DNA from: Dehalococcoidia bacterium
GTDB lineage: Bacteria; Chloroflexota; Dehalococcoidia; Plut-88900
Assembly (NCBI GenBank): GCA_965197645.1
Contig: OZ240219.1
Coordinates: 1,728,001 to 1,792,000 of the forward strand
Reading direction: 5' to 3'
DNA: 64,000 bases
Shown here: piece by piece, positions 27,096 through 36,686 of the stretch
Layout of the letters: the number at the start of each line of letters is the position of its first letter
Position numbering within the stretch: position 1 is the first letter of the stretch
Position numbers and translations under genes: made by a program
The notes under the pieces: generated by a model
Told to the model about the DNA's origin: nothing
The model's database searches: none
What the model saw: only the letters and a program-made list of their open reading frames with translations

Positions 27096-29036
27096 TCATT
27101 GGTAGGTAGGATCGGGTGGCGGCCGCGTCTTCGTCAGCCCGACTCTACGTCTGATTTTTGCGCCCCACTCTGTAGGCCACAGGACGGCCAGCGTGAACAG
27201 AAGGGCGCCTGCGATAAACAAGACCAGGGCAAGCAGCTGGAGTCCCGAAAAGTACTCGTTGGCAGCGTTCTGGACGATGGTGTAGAGCTTGTCCGCCACC
27301 AGCAGCTTCGTGCCGTCCAGGCCACTAAGGGCGTCCTCCCGCTCATTTTCTATTAGATCTGAACCCTGCACCGACCAGACGCCACCCGCTGCGATGAGGA
27401 TTATCAGGGATGAGACGGTGAGCACGCCTAGCGCCCAGGCTAACCGGCTGCTCCATCTTCGGCCGCCGAGGAACCCGATGATTGTCAGCACGGCCAGCGC
27501 TATCAAGGAGGAGACCCACTGGAAGATACGGACGCTGCCTATTCTCTCGCGGCCTTTATCCAGCTCTTCCAGACGCTCACCCTCGTCGGCATCGATCATG
27601 TCCTGACGAAAGTCGGCAGCTGTATATGTCCACCCGTTGCGCAAGGCATCTCTAACATCATCCAGCACTCGGGGGCCGTCGTCCCCGAACTCGGTCTCCA
27701 GGTCACCTCGCAAGTCCTGAACGGTGTAGACCCAGCCGTCTTTGAACAATTCCCGCATATCATCTATCAGCTCGACGTTATGCTCGTCTCCGGAATCGAT
27801 GAGCGCTTGGCGAAGGTCGGCCTCGGTAAAGGTAACGCTGTTCGGAATCAGTGTGTCAACCTGCTCTTGAACGGGTCCGGATATGTCAATACGCGCCTGG
27901 TCAAGGAGGTCTGCCGCAGTGCTGCCGGGCGGGATGCATGCCGGTAGACCGGTCTGATCGAAATGAAGTGCCTCTCCCGGCCCACAGACGGAAGACTGCT
28001 CGACGAGGGCCACCAGCCGGGCCGTGGCGATATCCTCGATGACCGTGGCGGCATCCCTTTTGTTATCCTCCAGGGAAATGGTCACCGATAAAGCATCGGT
28101 ACGGCCCACGAGGTAAGGGCCGGAACTGTCGACTACCCTATCCACCTGCTCCTGCACCCAGTCGTCCGGAGCGGTCTGCTGCAGTGCCGAAAGTATCTCT
28201 TCCTCCGACACTGTTACTCCGTAGGGCAGACCGAACCCGCCCTGGACCGATTCTTGCACCTTGGGATTGATGACCTCGTCGTAGAGGATACTGTGTGTAT
28301 CTCCCTCTTGCAGCAGGTCCTTCACCTCCTCAAGGGCGATATCCGCTCGGTCAGCCAGCTGAACGTCTATGCGGAACGAATCTCTATCCCCGACGATGTA
28401 AGGCGTGAGTTCGTCTATGACGGCCCTCACCTGGGCTTCGACCCATTCCGGGGAGACGACGGCTCTGGCAGAGCGGACCAGTCGCTCGTCGGTTAAGGGA
28501 ATGCCGAACGGCAGTGAACTCCGGTCCTCCAGGGCCTTGTCGGCTTCTGGTTCGACGACCTCGGCGAAGAGGAGGTCATAGGTGTTGGCCTTGATGAATA
28601 GGGCACCGGCCTCATCAACGAGGATCGCGACCCGGTCTTTGGCTACGATGGTGAAGCTAAAGTTGTCCTCGCGCCCGGTGGCGTATCCACCAACCTGCTC
28701 CAACACTTGCTCCACCTGCTCCTGCACCCAGTCCGGAGGCAGGACGCGGTTGACTGCGGCCACTAGCTCATCGGTGGTCAGCTCCGTCGTGTCCAGGGGA
28801 TTGGCGTCGAGATCGCTGCCCAGGTCCTCGGGCTCTTTTGCCCTGGCCTCGTCCAGCACGGAGGCCAGCAGATCGTTCAGCACGAAATTGTAGACATCGG
28901 CCTTTCGAAGCTGTTCTACATAGAAGCTTTCGTTCAGAATGGTGTCGTTGAACCGGACCAGCAGAAGGTTCCCAAGGAGGACGACGAAGAACAGCAGAGC
29001 GAAGGGTATGACGAAGGCACGTCTGACCCAGATCAC
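27096..29036 (-). CDS. Uncharacterised membrane protein with a large acidic repeat-built extracytoplasmic region
   Basis: One N-terminal and three C-terminal hydrophobic helices; three ~95-aa and about three ~33-aa internal repeats. Confidence 0.8.
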   Translation of the reverse strand: MIWVRRAFVIPFALLFFVVLLGNLLLVRFNDTILNESFYVEQLRKADVYNFVLNDLLASVLDEARAKEPEDLGSDLDANPLDTTELTTDELVAAVNRVLPPDWVQEQVEQVLEQVGGYATGREDNFSFTIVAKDRVAILVDEAGALFIKANTYDLLFAEVVEPEADKALEDRSSLPFGIPLTDERLVRSARAVVSPEWVEAQVRAVIDELTPYIVGDRDSFRIDVQLADRADIALEEVKDLLQEGDTHSILYDEVINPKVQESVQGGFGLPYGVTVSEEEILSALQQTAPDDWVQEQVDRVVDSSGPYLVGRTDALSVTISLEDNKRDAATVIEDIATARLVALVEQSSVCGPGEALHFDQTGLPACIPPGSTAADLLDQARIDISGPVQEQVDTLIPNSVTFTEADLRQALIDSGDEHNVELIDDMRELFKDGWVYTVQDLRGDLETEFGDDGPRVLDDVRDALRNGWTYTAADFRQDMIDADEGERLEELDKGRERIGSVRIFQWVSSLIALAVLTIIGFLGGRRWSSRLAWALGVLTVSSLIILIAAGGVWSVQGSDLIENEREDALSGLDGTKLLVADKLYTIVQNAANEYFSGLQLLALVLFIAGALLFTLAVLWPTEWGAKIRRRVGLTKTRPPPDPTYQ

Positions 29037-29131
29037 CCGGAGCGCCTCCCGTTGACGGGATAAACTCTAGCGATCCTCCGCGATAGCGCAACTAGCGGAA
29101 ACGACAAGATTCGAGAGGGGGAGGACAGGCT

Positions 29132-30010
29132 TTAGGTTGCCAGCTTGGCGGTGAGCGGCTTGGTGGAGACGATGTGCTTGTTCAGCCCGAGTTCCTTGGG
29201 GGAGATGCCCAAGGCCAGGCCGAGAAACTGGGGCAGGTGGATGACGGGCAGTCCTATCTGGGTACGCTTTCGCTTCTCGGCCCGGGGCTGGCCTCCGTCC
29301 AGGTTGAGGTGACACAGGGGACAGGGGGTGACCATGACATTGGCCCCTTCGTTCTTGGCCTCGATCAGATGGTCACCGGCCATTCCTATGGATGCGGCCT
29401 CGTTCATGGTGAGGATGGGGAACCCGCAGCACTTGGTCTTGCCGCTGTAGTCGACCGCTATGCCGCCCAGCACCGAGGTTATCTGCTCGATGTAGGTGTC
29501 CCTGTCCGGGTTCTCATCGAATCCGAGGATCTCTGTGGGCCGGAGCACGTAGCAGCCGTAGAAGGGGGCGGCACGGACGCCCTCCAGGGGACGCACCACA
29601 AGCTCCTTGAGCTTGTCCAGGCCCACCTCCTCTACGATGACCCACATGAAGTGAGTGATCCGGGTGGTGCCTTTGTACTCCAAGCCCTCCTCGGCCAGGG
29701 TCTCGTTGACCTTGGCCAGGTACTCCGGGTCCGAGGTGAGCTTGTGGTTGGCTGCGCTCATCACCCCCTGACAGGTGCTGCAGATGGTCATGATGGGGAG
29801 GTCCATCTGCTCGGCCATGGCGAAGGTGCGGGCGTTGAGCGTATCGGCCAACTCAGGGTTGCGCTCGCTGAGGACGCCTGCGCCGGTGCAAGCCGCTTCC
29901 TTTAGCGGGACCAACTCCAGGCCCAGCTTGTCAGCGATGGACAGTGTGGAGTTATACAGCTCTGGGGCGCCGCCCTGGGCAACACAGCCTGGATACCAAG
30001 CGAACTTCAT
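29132..30010 (-). CDS. CCG-domain (HdrB/SdhE-like) subunit of succinate dehydrogenase/fumarate reductase
   Basis: YPGC, CTG, CSTC, YGC, KCCG, CPLCH; directly downstream of sdhB. Confidence 0.85.
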   Translation of the reverse strand: MKFAWYPGCVAQGGAPELYNSTLSIADKLGLELVPLKEAACTGAGVLSERNPELADTLNARTFAMAEQMDLPIMTICSTCQGVMSAANHKLTSDPEYLAKVNETLAEEGLEYKGTTRITHFMWVIVEEVGLDKLKELVVRPLEGVRAAPFYGCYVLRPTEILGFDENPDRDTYIEQITSVLGGIAVDYSGKTKCCGFPILTMNEAASIGMAGDHLIEAKNEGANVMVTPCPLCHLNLDGGQPRAEKRKRTQIGLPVIHLPQFLGLALGISPKELGLNKHIVSTKPLTAKLAT

Positions 30011-30013
30011 TCT

Positions 30014-30961
30014 TTATTTCTCATCCAGCTTTTCGAATATCTTCTTGACCTTGTCCGCTCCGGGCCGTTTGTGGTGAATCAGGGGAGGCATTTTGCCTGC
30101 TGCCAGGGCCCTGAGCCCCGTGGGGAGCTGGGCTAGCTGGGCACGGACGTTGGTGTAGCCGTAAGATTCTACAGCGAGGCGCGCTTCGTCCAGCCAGCCG
30201 CTGGCCTTCACGGAGCTAGCGAAGGAGTCGCTGTGGCGAACGCCGTTGTGGTCCTTGTAACCGGCATCCACGGCCTTCCTGCGCAGCTCCAGTATCTGCT
30301 CCATGGGCGCCACGCCCTTGGGGCACACTTCTACGCATTGGAAACAGTGGGTGCAGTCCCATATTCCGCCGGGCTCGCTCAGGATTTTGAGTCGGGACCG
30401 GGGACCTTTGTCGCGTGGATCATCGACGAAGCGAAGGGCCTTGGCCAGGGCGGCGGGGCCGAGGAAGTTCTTGTCCACCTCGAGGACGGTGCAGTCCGAT
30501 ACGCAGGAGCCGCACATGATGCAGCCCATCACCTGGTTGAGACCCAGCATGGAAGAGTTGGGAACGATGTACTCATGGTCCGGCGGCTCTCCGTCAGGCA
30601 GGAGCCAGGGGGTAACGGCCCTAATCTGGTTCCAGAAGACATCGATGTCCACGACCAGGTCTTTGATCACCGGCATGTTGCCGCTGGGCTCCACCAGTAC
30701 CGACGAAGTTCTGGCTAACGCATCGGTCAGCCTGGTGTTGCAGGCGAGCATGGCCTGCCCGTTGATGCGCATGGAGCAGGAGCCGCAGATGGCGCTTCGG
30801 CAGGAACAGCGGAGGGCGAGGCTACCGTCCTGGTACTCGCGGATGTTGATCAGGGCGTCAAGGACGGTATCGTTATCTCGCGCCTGCACTTGGAAATCTT
30901 CGTAATAAGGTTCCTCCCCGGACTCGGGGTTGAACCGGCGGACCTTCAGGTTGACGTCCAT
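30014..30961 (-). CDS. sdhB: Succinate dehydrogenase/fumarate reductase iron-sulfur subunit
   Basis: SCRSAICGSC, CIMCGSCVSDC, CTHCFQCVEVCP. Confidence 0.93.
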   Translation of the reverse strand: MDVNLKVRRFNPESGEEPYYEDFQVQARDNDTVLDALINIREYQDGSLALRCSCRSAICGSCSMRINGQAMLACNTRLTDALARTSSVLVEPSGNMPVIKDLVVDIDVFWNQIRAVTPWLLPDGEPPDHEYIVPNSSMLGLNQVMGCIMCGSCVSDCTVLEVDKNFLGPAALAKALRFVDDPRDKGPRSRLKILSEPGGIWDCTHCFQCVEVCPKGVAPMEQILELRRKAVDAGYKDHNGVRHSDSFASSVKASGWLDEARLAVESYGYTNVRAQLAQLPTGLRALAAGKMPPLIHHKRPGADKVKKIFEKLDEK

Positions 30962-30982
30962 TTGATGACCTTCTAGGTTGAT

Positions 30983-32680
30983 CTAGTAACTTCTGACCTG
31001 GGGTTGCCACTTGGTGATGGTGACTGGGGCGAAATCTATGCGAGCCTCCTCGGGCTGATAGTAGGCCAGCACGTGACGCATCCAGTTATCGTCGTCCCGC
31101 TCCGGGTAGTCCAACCGGGTGTGGGCGCCCCGGCTCTCCTTACGGGTGAGGGCGCTGGCGACTATCGCTTCGGCACAGTCTAGCATGTATCCCAGCTCCA
31201 GTACGAACAGCAGGTTGGTGTTGAACACCCGCCCCTTGTCCTGTGGGACGACCTTCTTGTATCGCTCTTTGAGGTCAGCGATCTTTGATTGGGCCGTGTC
31301 CATGCCCTCTTGATCACGAAATACGGCGACGTGCTCGTGCATGGTCTGACCCATCTCGAGACGAAGCTTGGCGGCGGGCTCGCCGGCGTCATCCCTGGAC
31401 AGCAGCCCTTCGATGCGGGCGACTTCATCGCTAAGATGTCCGTTCAAGACGCGGGGCAAAGGCGTGTTCTGAGCGAACTCCGCGGCCGCGATGCCCGCCC
31501 GCCGGCCGAAGACGACGGTCTCCAGCAGCGAGTTGGCGCCGAGCCGGTTTCCGCCATGGAGGCTTATGCAGGCCACTTCGCCGGCGGCGTACAGTCCGGG
31601 GATGGAGGTGGCGCCATCGACGTCCGTCTTGATGCCGCCCATCTGGTAGTGCATCCCCGGGACTATGGGCACCGGCTCTTCGACGACGTCGATATCGGCG
31701 AACTGTAGGGCCAGCTCGTGGATCTGGGATAGCCGCTCCATGATCACGTCCCTGCCCAGGTGCCGGCAATCGAGGAGGACCGCTCCGTTGACACCCCGGC
31801 CTTCGTCGATCTCGACCCGTTCGGCGCGGGACACCACGTCGCGAGAGGCCAGCTCCATCTTGTTGGGAGCGTAGTAGGGATTGCGAGGGTTGCCCAGGAA
31901 CCGCTCACCCTTGGAGTTGAGCAGATAGGCGCCTTCGCCCCTGGCGGCCTCCGAGAGCAGGGCGCCGTTGGCGGGGAGGGTGGTGGGGTGGTACTGGACC
32001 ATCTCCATATCCATCAGCGGCGCGCCGACCTTGTAGGCCAGGCTCATGCCATCGCCGGTGCAGATCAGGGCGTTGGTGCTGGGTTCGTAGACCCTACCAA
32101 GGCCGCCCGTAGCCATGATGACGGACTTGGCCTGGAGGGCCTCCAGCTTGCCGGTGCGAATGTCCAGGGCCACTGCGCCGCAGCAGACGCCATCGTCCAT
32201 GATGAGGGAGGTGACGAACCACTCCTCGTAGATCTGGACATCGGACTTCATGAGCTGCTCGTAGATGACGTGGAGGATGGCCTGGCCGGTTATGTCGGCG
32301 ACGAAAAAGGTCCGAGCGTAGGATGCGCCACCGAAGCTGCGTGCCCCTAACCGGCCGCGTTCGTCCCGGTTAAAGATGGTGCCCATGTGCTCCAGCTCGA
32401 TGATCTCGTCTGGCGCTTCCCGGGCCATGATCTCGATGGCGTCCTGGTCACCTAGGTAGTCGCTGCCCTTGACGGTATCGAAGGCGTGGGACTCCCAGGT
32501 GTCATCGGCGCCCTCTTCCGGCATGGCGGCGTTGATACCGCCCTGGGCCGCGTTGGAGTGGCTGCGGACCGGGTGGACTTTGGAGACTAGGGCAACTGTT
32601 GCGCCCTGACGGCTGGCCTCCAGGGCTGCTCTCATCCCTGCCAGACCCGCTCCTAATACCAGAACGTCATGCTGGGGCAC
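30983..32680 (-). CDS. sdhA: Succinate dehydrogenase/fumarate reductase flavoprotein
   Basis: [53 protein letters not shown]. Confidence 0.95.
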   Translation of the reverse strand: MPQHDVLVLGAGLAGMRAALEASRQGATVALVSKVHPVRSHSNAAQGGINAAMPEEGADDTWESHAFDTVKGSDYLGDQDAIEIMAREAPDEIIELEHMGTIFNRDERGRLGARSFGGASYARTFFVADITGQAILHVIYEQLMKSDVQIYEEWFVTSLIMDDGVCCGAVALDIRTGKLEALQAKSVIMATGGLGRVYEPSTNALICTGDGMSLAYKVGAPLMDMEMVQYHPTTLPANGALLSEAARGEGAYLLNSKGERFLGNPRNPYYAPNKMELASRDVVSRAERVEIDEGRGVNGAVLLDCRHLGRDVIMERLSQIHELALQFADIDVVEEPVPIVPGMHYQMGGIKTDVDGATSIPGLYAAGEVACISLHGGNRLGANSLLETVVFGRRAGIAAAEFAQNTPLPRVLNGHLSDEVARIEGLLSRDDAGEPAAKLRLEMGQTMHEHVAVFRDQEGMDTAQSKIADLKERYKKVVPQDKGRVFNTNLLFVLELGYMLDCAEAIVASALTRKESRGAHTRLDYPERDDDNWMRHVLAYYQPEEARIDFAPVTITKWQPQVRSY

Positions 32681-32720
32681 GTAACATTCCTCCGGAGCGT
32701 AGGGTATTTGGACCGCCGTA

Positions 32721-32749
32721 AGTGTAACATTTCACTATCTGGCTGACAA
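32721..32749 (-). promoter_or_regulatory. sigma70 promoter TTGTCA-N17-TACACT (TG-extended) for the sdh operon
   Basis: tgacaa 32744-32749, agtgta 32721-32726. Confidence 0.6.
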
Positions 32750-32824
32750 GAAAAAGGCAACGGCTGAAAGGTCGGGACATTTTGCCCGGCGAGTGTGAGT
32801 CCTTCCCTCTGGGACCGGGACTGA

Positions 32825-33991
32825 TCACTCGATGAAGCCGTAGAGCTTGCCGGCGTTCTCGCAGATAATCTTGCTTCGAGTGCTCTCGTCCAGGCCTCCC
32901 AGGTTCCGCTGGATGGTCTCTTGGGAATCTGGCCAGACGCTATCGGGATGGGGATAGTCCGAGCCCCACAACACGTTGCCGGTTCCTATCACATCCAGCA
33001 TATCTGGAATGACGTACTCGTCCTGGAAGGTGGAGTACCCCTGGCGGTACCAGAATTCGGTGGGCTTCATGCTCAGTCCGAGATGGAACAGACGGTCGTC
33101 GTACTCCTGGTCGAGACGAGGGAGAATGTAGGGCAGCCAGCCGACTCCGCACTCTCCCAGCACGAACGAGAAGTCCGGCTGGCGATCGCAGGCGCCGGAG
33201 AGGATCATGCTGGTCATGAACTCGGGGCCGGACAGCTGGAAGAGGGTGTACATGAGTCCCAGATCGATCCAGTGGTACCGATCATTGGTAGGGTCATCCG
33301 GATGGCGGAACTGGAGCCCTACAGTATGGAAGGAGATGGGCAATCCGGTCTCTGCGGCGGCATCCCATAGCACGTTCCACTCGTCCTGGTAGATCGGCTT
33401 CACGGCGCTGGAAACATTCATCTCCGCTCCTTTCAGGCCCAGGTCTGCGGCCCTCCTGAGCTGTTGAGCGGCAGTTTCCGGATCGTGGGAGGAGATGCAG
33501 GCCAGCCCGGCCAATCTCTGGGGATTGTGCTTGCAGAAATCGGCAATCCAAGAGTTGTATATGTCGAAGACCTGGGTGAGAGCTTCTGCGCTGGAGACGC
33601 CGCCGGCAGCATCGGAGAAGCCGCTGGCGACGCCCAGGATTCCATAGATCACCTCGGCCTGGACATTGTCAACGTCCTGGTCCTTCAGGCGCAGCTCCGG
33701 CGTGGTGGGGTGGAAGTTGCCGGCCTCTGCGTCGGAGAAGAAACCGAACTCGGCCATCTTGTCCAGTCGATGCGACCGTCCCGGCTCGTAGGGTTCGTAG
33801 GAGCCGGTGAGGGCGGCGGCAGCAACGAACCCCAACGATTCGCCGTCAGCCATCCACATCTTTCCCTCGTCGGTATCAATTACCCGGGGCATCCTGTCCT
33901 TCAGTTTGTCCGGGGCATTGGAGACGAAGAGGTCTTCCGGGAGCCAGACGATGTCGGTGTGGGTGTCTGCCGATATTACTTTGTAGTCCAC
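32825..33991 (-). CDS. Amidohydrolase family 2 protein
   Basis: ISADTH, YNSWIADFC, ISFH, ECGVGW, WGSDYPH, NAGKLY. Confidence 0.88.
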   Translation of the reverse strand: MDYKVISADTHTDIVWLPEDLFVSNAPDKLKDRMPRVIDTDEGKMWMADGESLGFVAAAALTGSYEPYEPGRSHRLDKMAEFGFFSDAEAGNFHPTTPELRLKDQDVDNVQAEVIYGILGVASGFSDAAGGVSSAEALTQVFDIYNSWIADFCKHNPQRLAGLACISSHDPETAAQQLRRAADLGLKGAEMNVSSAVKPIYQDEWNVLWDAAAETGLPISFHTVGLQFRHPDDPTNDRYHWIDLGLMYTLFQLSGPEFMTSMILSGACDRQPDFSFVLGECGVGWLPYILPRLDQEYDDRLFHLGLSMKPTEFWYRQGYSTFQDEYVIPDMLDVIGTGNVLWGSDYPHPDSVWPDSQETIQRNLGGLDESTRSKIICENAGKLYGFIE

Positions 33992-34147
33992 GTCATTACC
34001 TTTCTACTCATTGTACCTGCCGCCTTGGCGTGAAGGCTTGAAAAATGCCCCAGCCTCCGAGGATGCACAGAGCGCGTTCTCATCGGGAACGATTTGGGCA
34101 GTGATAACTCGATCATAAAGCCATCGTCATTTTAACACGAACTGCTT

Positions 34148-34690
34148 TCACGAGTTTCGGTAGCAGGTCAGATAGAGGAGGAGTCCCGCAATGCTCTTGC
34201 TGTCCTTGATCTCGCCGGAGTTGATCAGGCCGATGACGGCGTCGGAAGAGACGGGACAGACCTCAATGTTTTCATCGTCTTCCGCCTCCAACGGGTCGTG
34301 TACCAGGTCCGTAGCGAGGTAGAGATGACTGTACTCGGTGGAGAATCCGGGTGTGATATAGAAGGAGGCCATATGCTTCAGGCTCCGGGCACGGAAGCCG
34401 GTCTCCTCTCGAAGCTCGCGCTGGGCCGCCTCGATCGGTTCCTCATCCGGTTCCATGACACCGGCGGGAATCTCTAGAAGCTCCTGTTCGACGGCCTTCC
34501 TGTACTGTCTAACCATCAGCACGTTGCCCTGAGCATCAACCGGGACGATGAACACGACGTCGTCATGCTCAACGATCTCGCGGGTTGTGGTCCGGCCATT
34601 GGGCATGGCTACGGTATCGACGCGGAGGGTAAGGAGCCGCCCCTGGAATATCCGCTCCGATCTGATGGTCTTTTCCGGTTCCATGGGCAC
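34148..34690 (-). CDS. NUDIX hydrolase, ADP-ribose pyrophosphatase-like
   Basis: Nudix box AG.MEPDE.P.EAAQRELREETG; REIVEH, RQYR, PGF. Confidence 0.9.
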   Translation of the reverse strand: MPMEPEKTIRSERIFQGRLLTLRVDTVAMPNGRTTTREIVEHDDVVFIVPVDAQGNVLMVRQYRKAVEQELLEIPAGVMEPDEEPIEAAQRELREETGFRARSLKHMASFYITPGFSTEYSHLYLATDLVHDPLEAEDDENIEVCPVSSDAVIGLINSGEIKDSKSIAGLLLYLTCYRNS

Positions 34691-35547
34691 TATTCGAACC
34701 GGGTAAGGCGGTGGGTTACGGTCGAGTAGAAACGGCCGGACGGCTGGAAGCGCAGGAAGCTTATCGATTCGGAGCTGCCGGAGATCGAGACCCGGTCGCC
34801 ATCGGCCAGGGGATGGTCCATCTGGCCATCTACGCTGAGGTGGGCCCCGTGTTCGCCATACACGGTTAGCTCCACCTGGGCAGTGGGCGCCAGGACGAGG
34901 GGGTTGCGGATGGCGAGGTGAGGAGCGATGGGCGTCAGGACCAGCTCACGGCTCTCGGGCCAGAGTATGGGGCCTCCCACGGCCATGGAGTAGCTGGTGC
35001 TGCCCGTGGCGGTGGCCACGATGACACCGTCGGCTCGATAGGTTGTGAAAAGATCACCGTCGATTCGGGTCTCTATGCGGATGACCCTGGACACTCCGGC
35101 CCTGGCTACAACCATGTCGTTGAGGGCGTGAAAGGGGCCGGCCTCCTCTTCGTCGGCGGCTATGCTCACCTTCCCTTTTAGCACGGCTCTACTTTCGATT
35201 CTGCCGGGCTCGGAAAGTATCCCGAGTATCCCGCTTCGAGCGTCCTCTGCGCTGATCTCGTTCATGAAGCCTAGCTGGCCCATGTTGACACCCAGGATAG
35301 GGATGCGCATGTCCATCGCCACCCGGGCAACCCTCAGGACCGTACCATCGCCGCCGATGCTCAGAAACAGGTCGCTGCCGTCCAGTTTCTCCGAGGCCGC
35401 GCTGTCGTCCCAAGCCGAGCTGGTCCAGCTATCGTAACCCCCATCCCGCAGCTTGGTCAGCAGCTCCTGGGCCAAGTCTTTGGCGGCGGCTAGCCTGGGA
35501 TGATAGAGGATGCCGATTCGATTGAACTGGTGCGTCTGGTAGTCCAT
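34690..35547 (-). CDS. nadK: NAD(+) kinase
   Basis: GGDGT, GVNMGQLGF, ALND, DGVIVATATGSTSY. Start set at 35547 because the promoter overlaps the 35577 ATG. Confidence 0.93.
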   Translation of the reverse strand: MDYQTHQFNRIGILYHPRLAAAKDLAQELLTKLRDGGYDSWTSSAWDDSAASEKLDGSDLFLSIGGDGTVLRVARVAMDMRIPILGVNMGQLGFMNEISAEDARSGILGILSEPGRIESRAVLKGKVSIAADEEEAGPFHALNDMVVARAGVSRVIRIETRIDGDLFTTYRADGVIVATATGSTSYSMAVGGPILWPESRELVLTPIAPHLAIRNPLVLAPTAQVELTVYGEHGAHLSVDGQMDHPLADGDRVSISGSSESISFLRFQPSGRFYSTVTHRLTRFE

Positions 35548-35564
35548 CGGTGAGGAGACATCTG

Positions 35565-35611
35565 ATTGTCCGTTCATATCACATCCTTGTCAAGAAACGG
35601 TCTGGTATACT
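35565..35611. promoter_or_regulatory. Overlapping divergent promoters: minus TTGACA-N17-GACAAT (35565-35593) and plus TGgTATACT (35603-35611)
   Basis: Hexamers and spacing read directly from the sequence. Confidence 0.55.
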
Positions 35612-35646
35612 CAGTGAGCATTACAGCACACACGGGGGTAACGGCT

Positions 35647-36561
35647 ATGCGGATCGTCATCATTGGACAGGCGCCCTTTGGAGCATCGGTACTGGAGAAG
35701 CTCGTTGAGCGGGGGGACGAGGTGGTAGGGGTGTTCGCTCCGCCGGAGAGACGGGGCCGGGCTGACCCGTTGGCCGAGGCCGCTCAACAGAAGGGACTGG
35801 ACTTGCACCAGGTGACCTCGATGAAGACCGACGAGGTGTACGACACCATCGCGGGTATGGAGCCCGACCTGGGTGTAATGGCCTTCGTTACTATGATCGT
35901 GCCCGAGCGGGTGCTCTACTGCCCCAAGTACGATACCATCCAATACCATCCGTCCATACTGCCCAAGCATCGAGGGGCCTCGGCCATCAACTGGGCGATA
36001 ATCGAAGGCGATTCCAAGACTGGACTGACCATCTTCTGGCCCGACAAGGGTCTGGACACAGGCCCGGTCCTCCTTCAAAAAGAGGTTGATATCGGACCTG
36101 ACGACACGGTGGGGTCGCTGTACTTCAATCACCTGTACCCGATAGGCGTCGACGCCATGCTGGAGTCGGTGGACCTGGTGAAGAAGGGCAAGGCGCCGAG
36201 AATCGTTCAGGACGAGTCCCAGGCCACCTACGAGGGGATATGCAGACCCGATGACGGGGTGATCGATTGGAGCAAGCCGGCCCAGACCGTCTACAACCTG
36301 ATTCGAGGCACCAACCCGCAGCCGGGGGCATCGACCCAGATCAACGGGCAGACAGTGAAGATATTCGACTCCGAGCTGCGCGCCGGAGAGGGCGGTGGAA
36401 CCCCTGGCGAGGTTGTGAAGGTCGAGGAGGACGGGTTCACGGTGTCGGCCCAGGGAGGCGCCATCAAGGTGAAGCGCGTCCAGCCGCCTGAATCGAAGAA
36501 GATCATGGCCCCAGAGTACATCGAGCAGTCTGGGCTAAAGGTTGGTCAGAAGCTGGGATAG
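35647..36561 (+). CDS. Formyltransferase family protein (Fmt fold; 10-formyl-THF dehydrogenase N-terminal hydrolase-like)
   Basis: IIGQAPFG, YHPSILPKHRGASAINW, IFWPDKGLDTG, PDDTVGSLY, ATYEG. Confidence 0.85.
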   Translation: MRIVIIGQAPFGASVLEKLVERGDEVVGVFAPPERRGRADPLAEAAQQKGLDLHQVTSMKTDEVYDTIAGMEPDLGVMAFVTMIVPERVLYCPKYDTIQYHPSILPKHRGASAINWAIIEGDSKTGLTIFWPDKGLDTGPVLLQKEVDIGPDDTVGSLYFNHLYPIGVDAMLESVDLVKKGKAPRIVQDESQATYEGICRPDDGVIDWSKPAQTVYNLIRGTNPQPGASTQINGQTVKIFDSELRAGEGGGTPGEVVKVEEDGFTVSAQGGAIKVKRVQPPESKKIMAPEYIEQSGLKVGQKLG

Positions 36562-36592
36562 GCCCGACTCACAGCGGGGCCCGCCCCTTTTG
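36561..36592 (+). terminator. Possible intrinsic terminator after the formyltransferase gene
   Basis: ggcccg...cggggcc hairpin followed by ctttt. Confidence 0.35.
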
Positions 36593-36686
36593 TCCCTTAA
36601 TCGCAACACCGCCCGTGACGTTCACGTAGACACGCGCCTTCCAGGCCACGGGTCCACACGTCCCTGAGTAAAGAGAATGAAAGCCG

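Noticed and set aside
35647-36561. Gene symbol fmt
   Set aside because: Motifs fit the formyl-THF dehydrogenase N-domain subfamily better, so the symbol was withheld.
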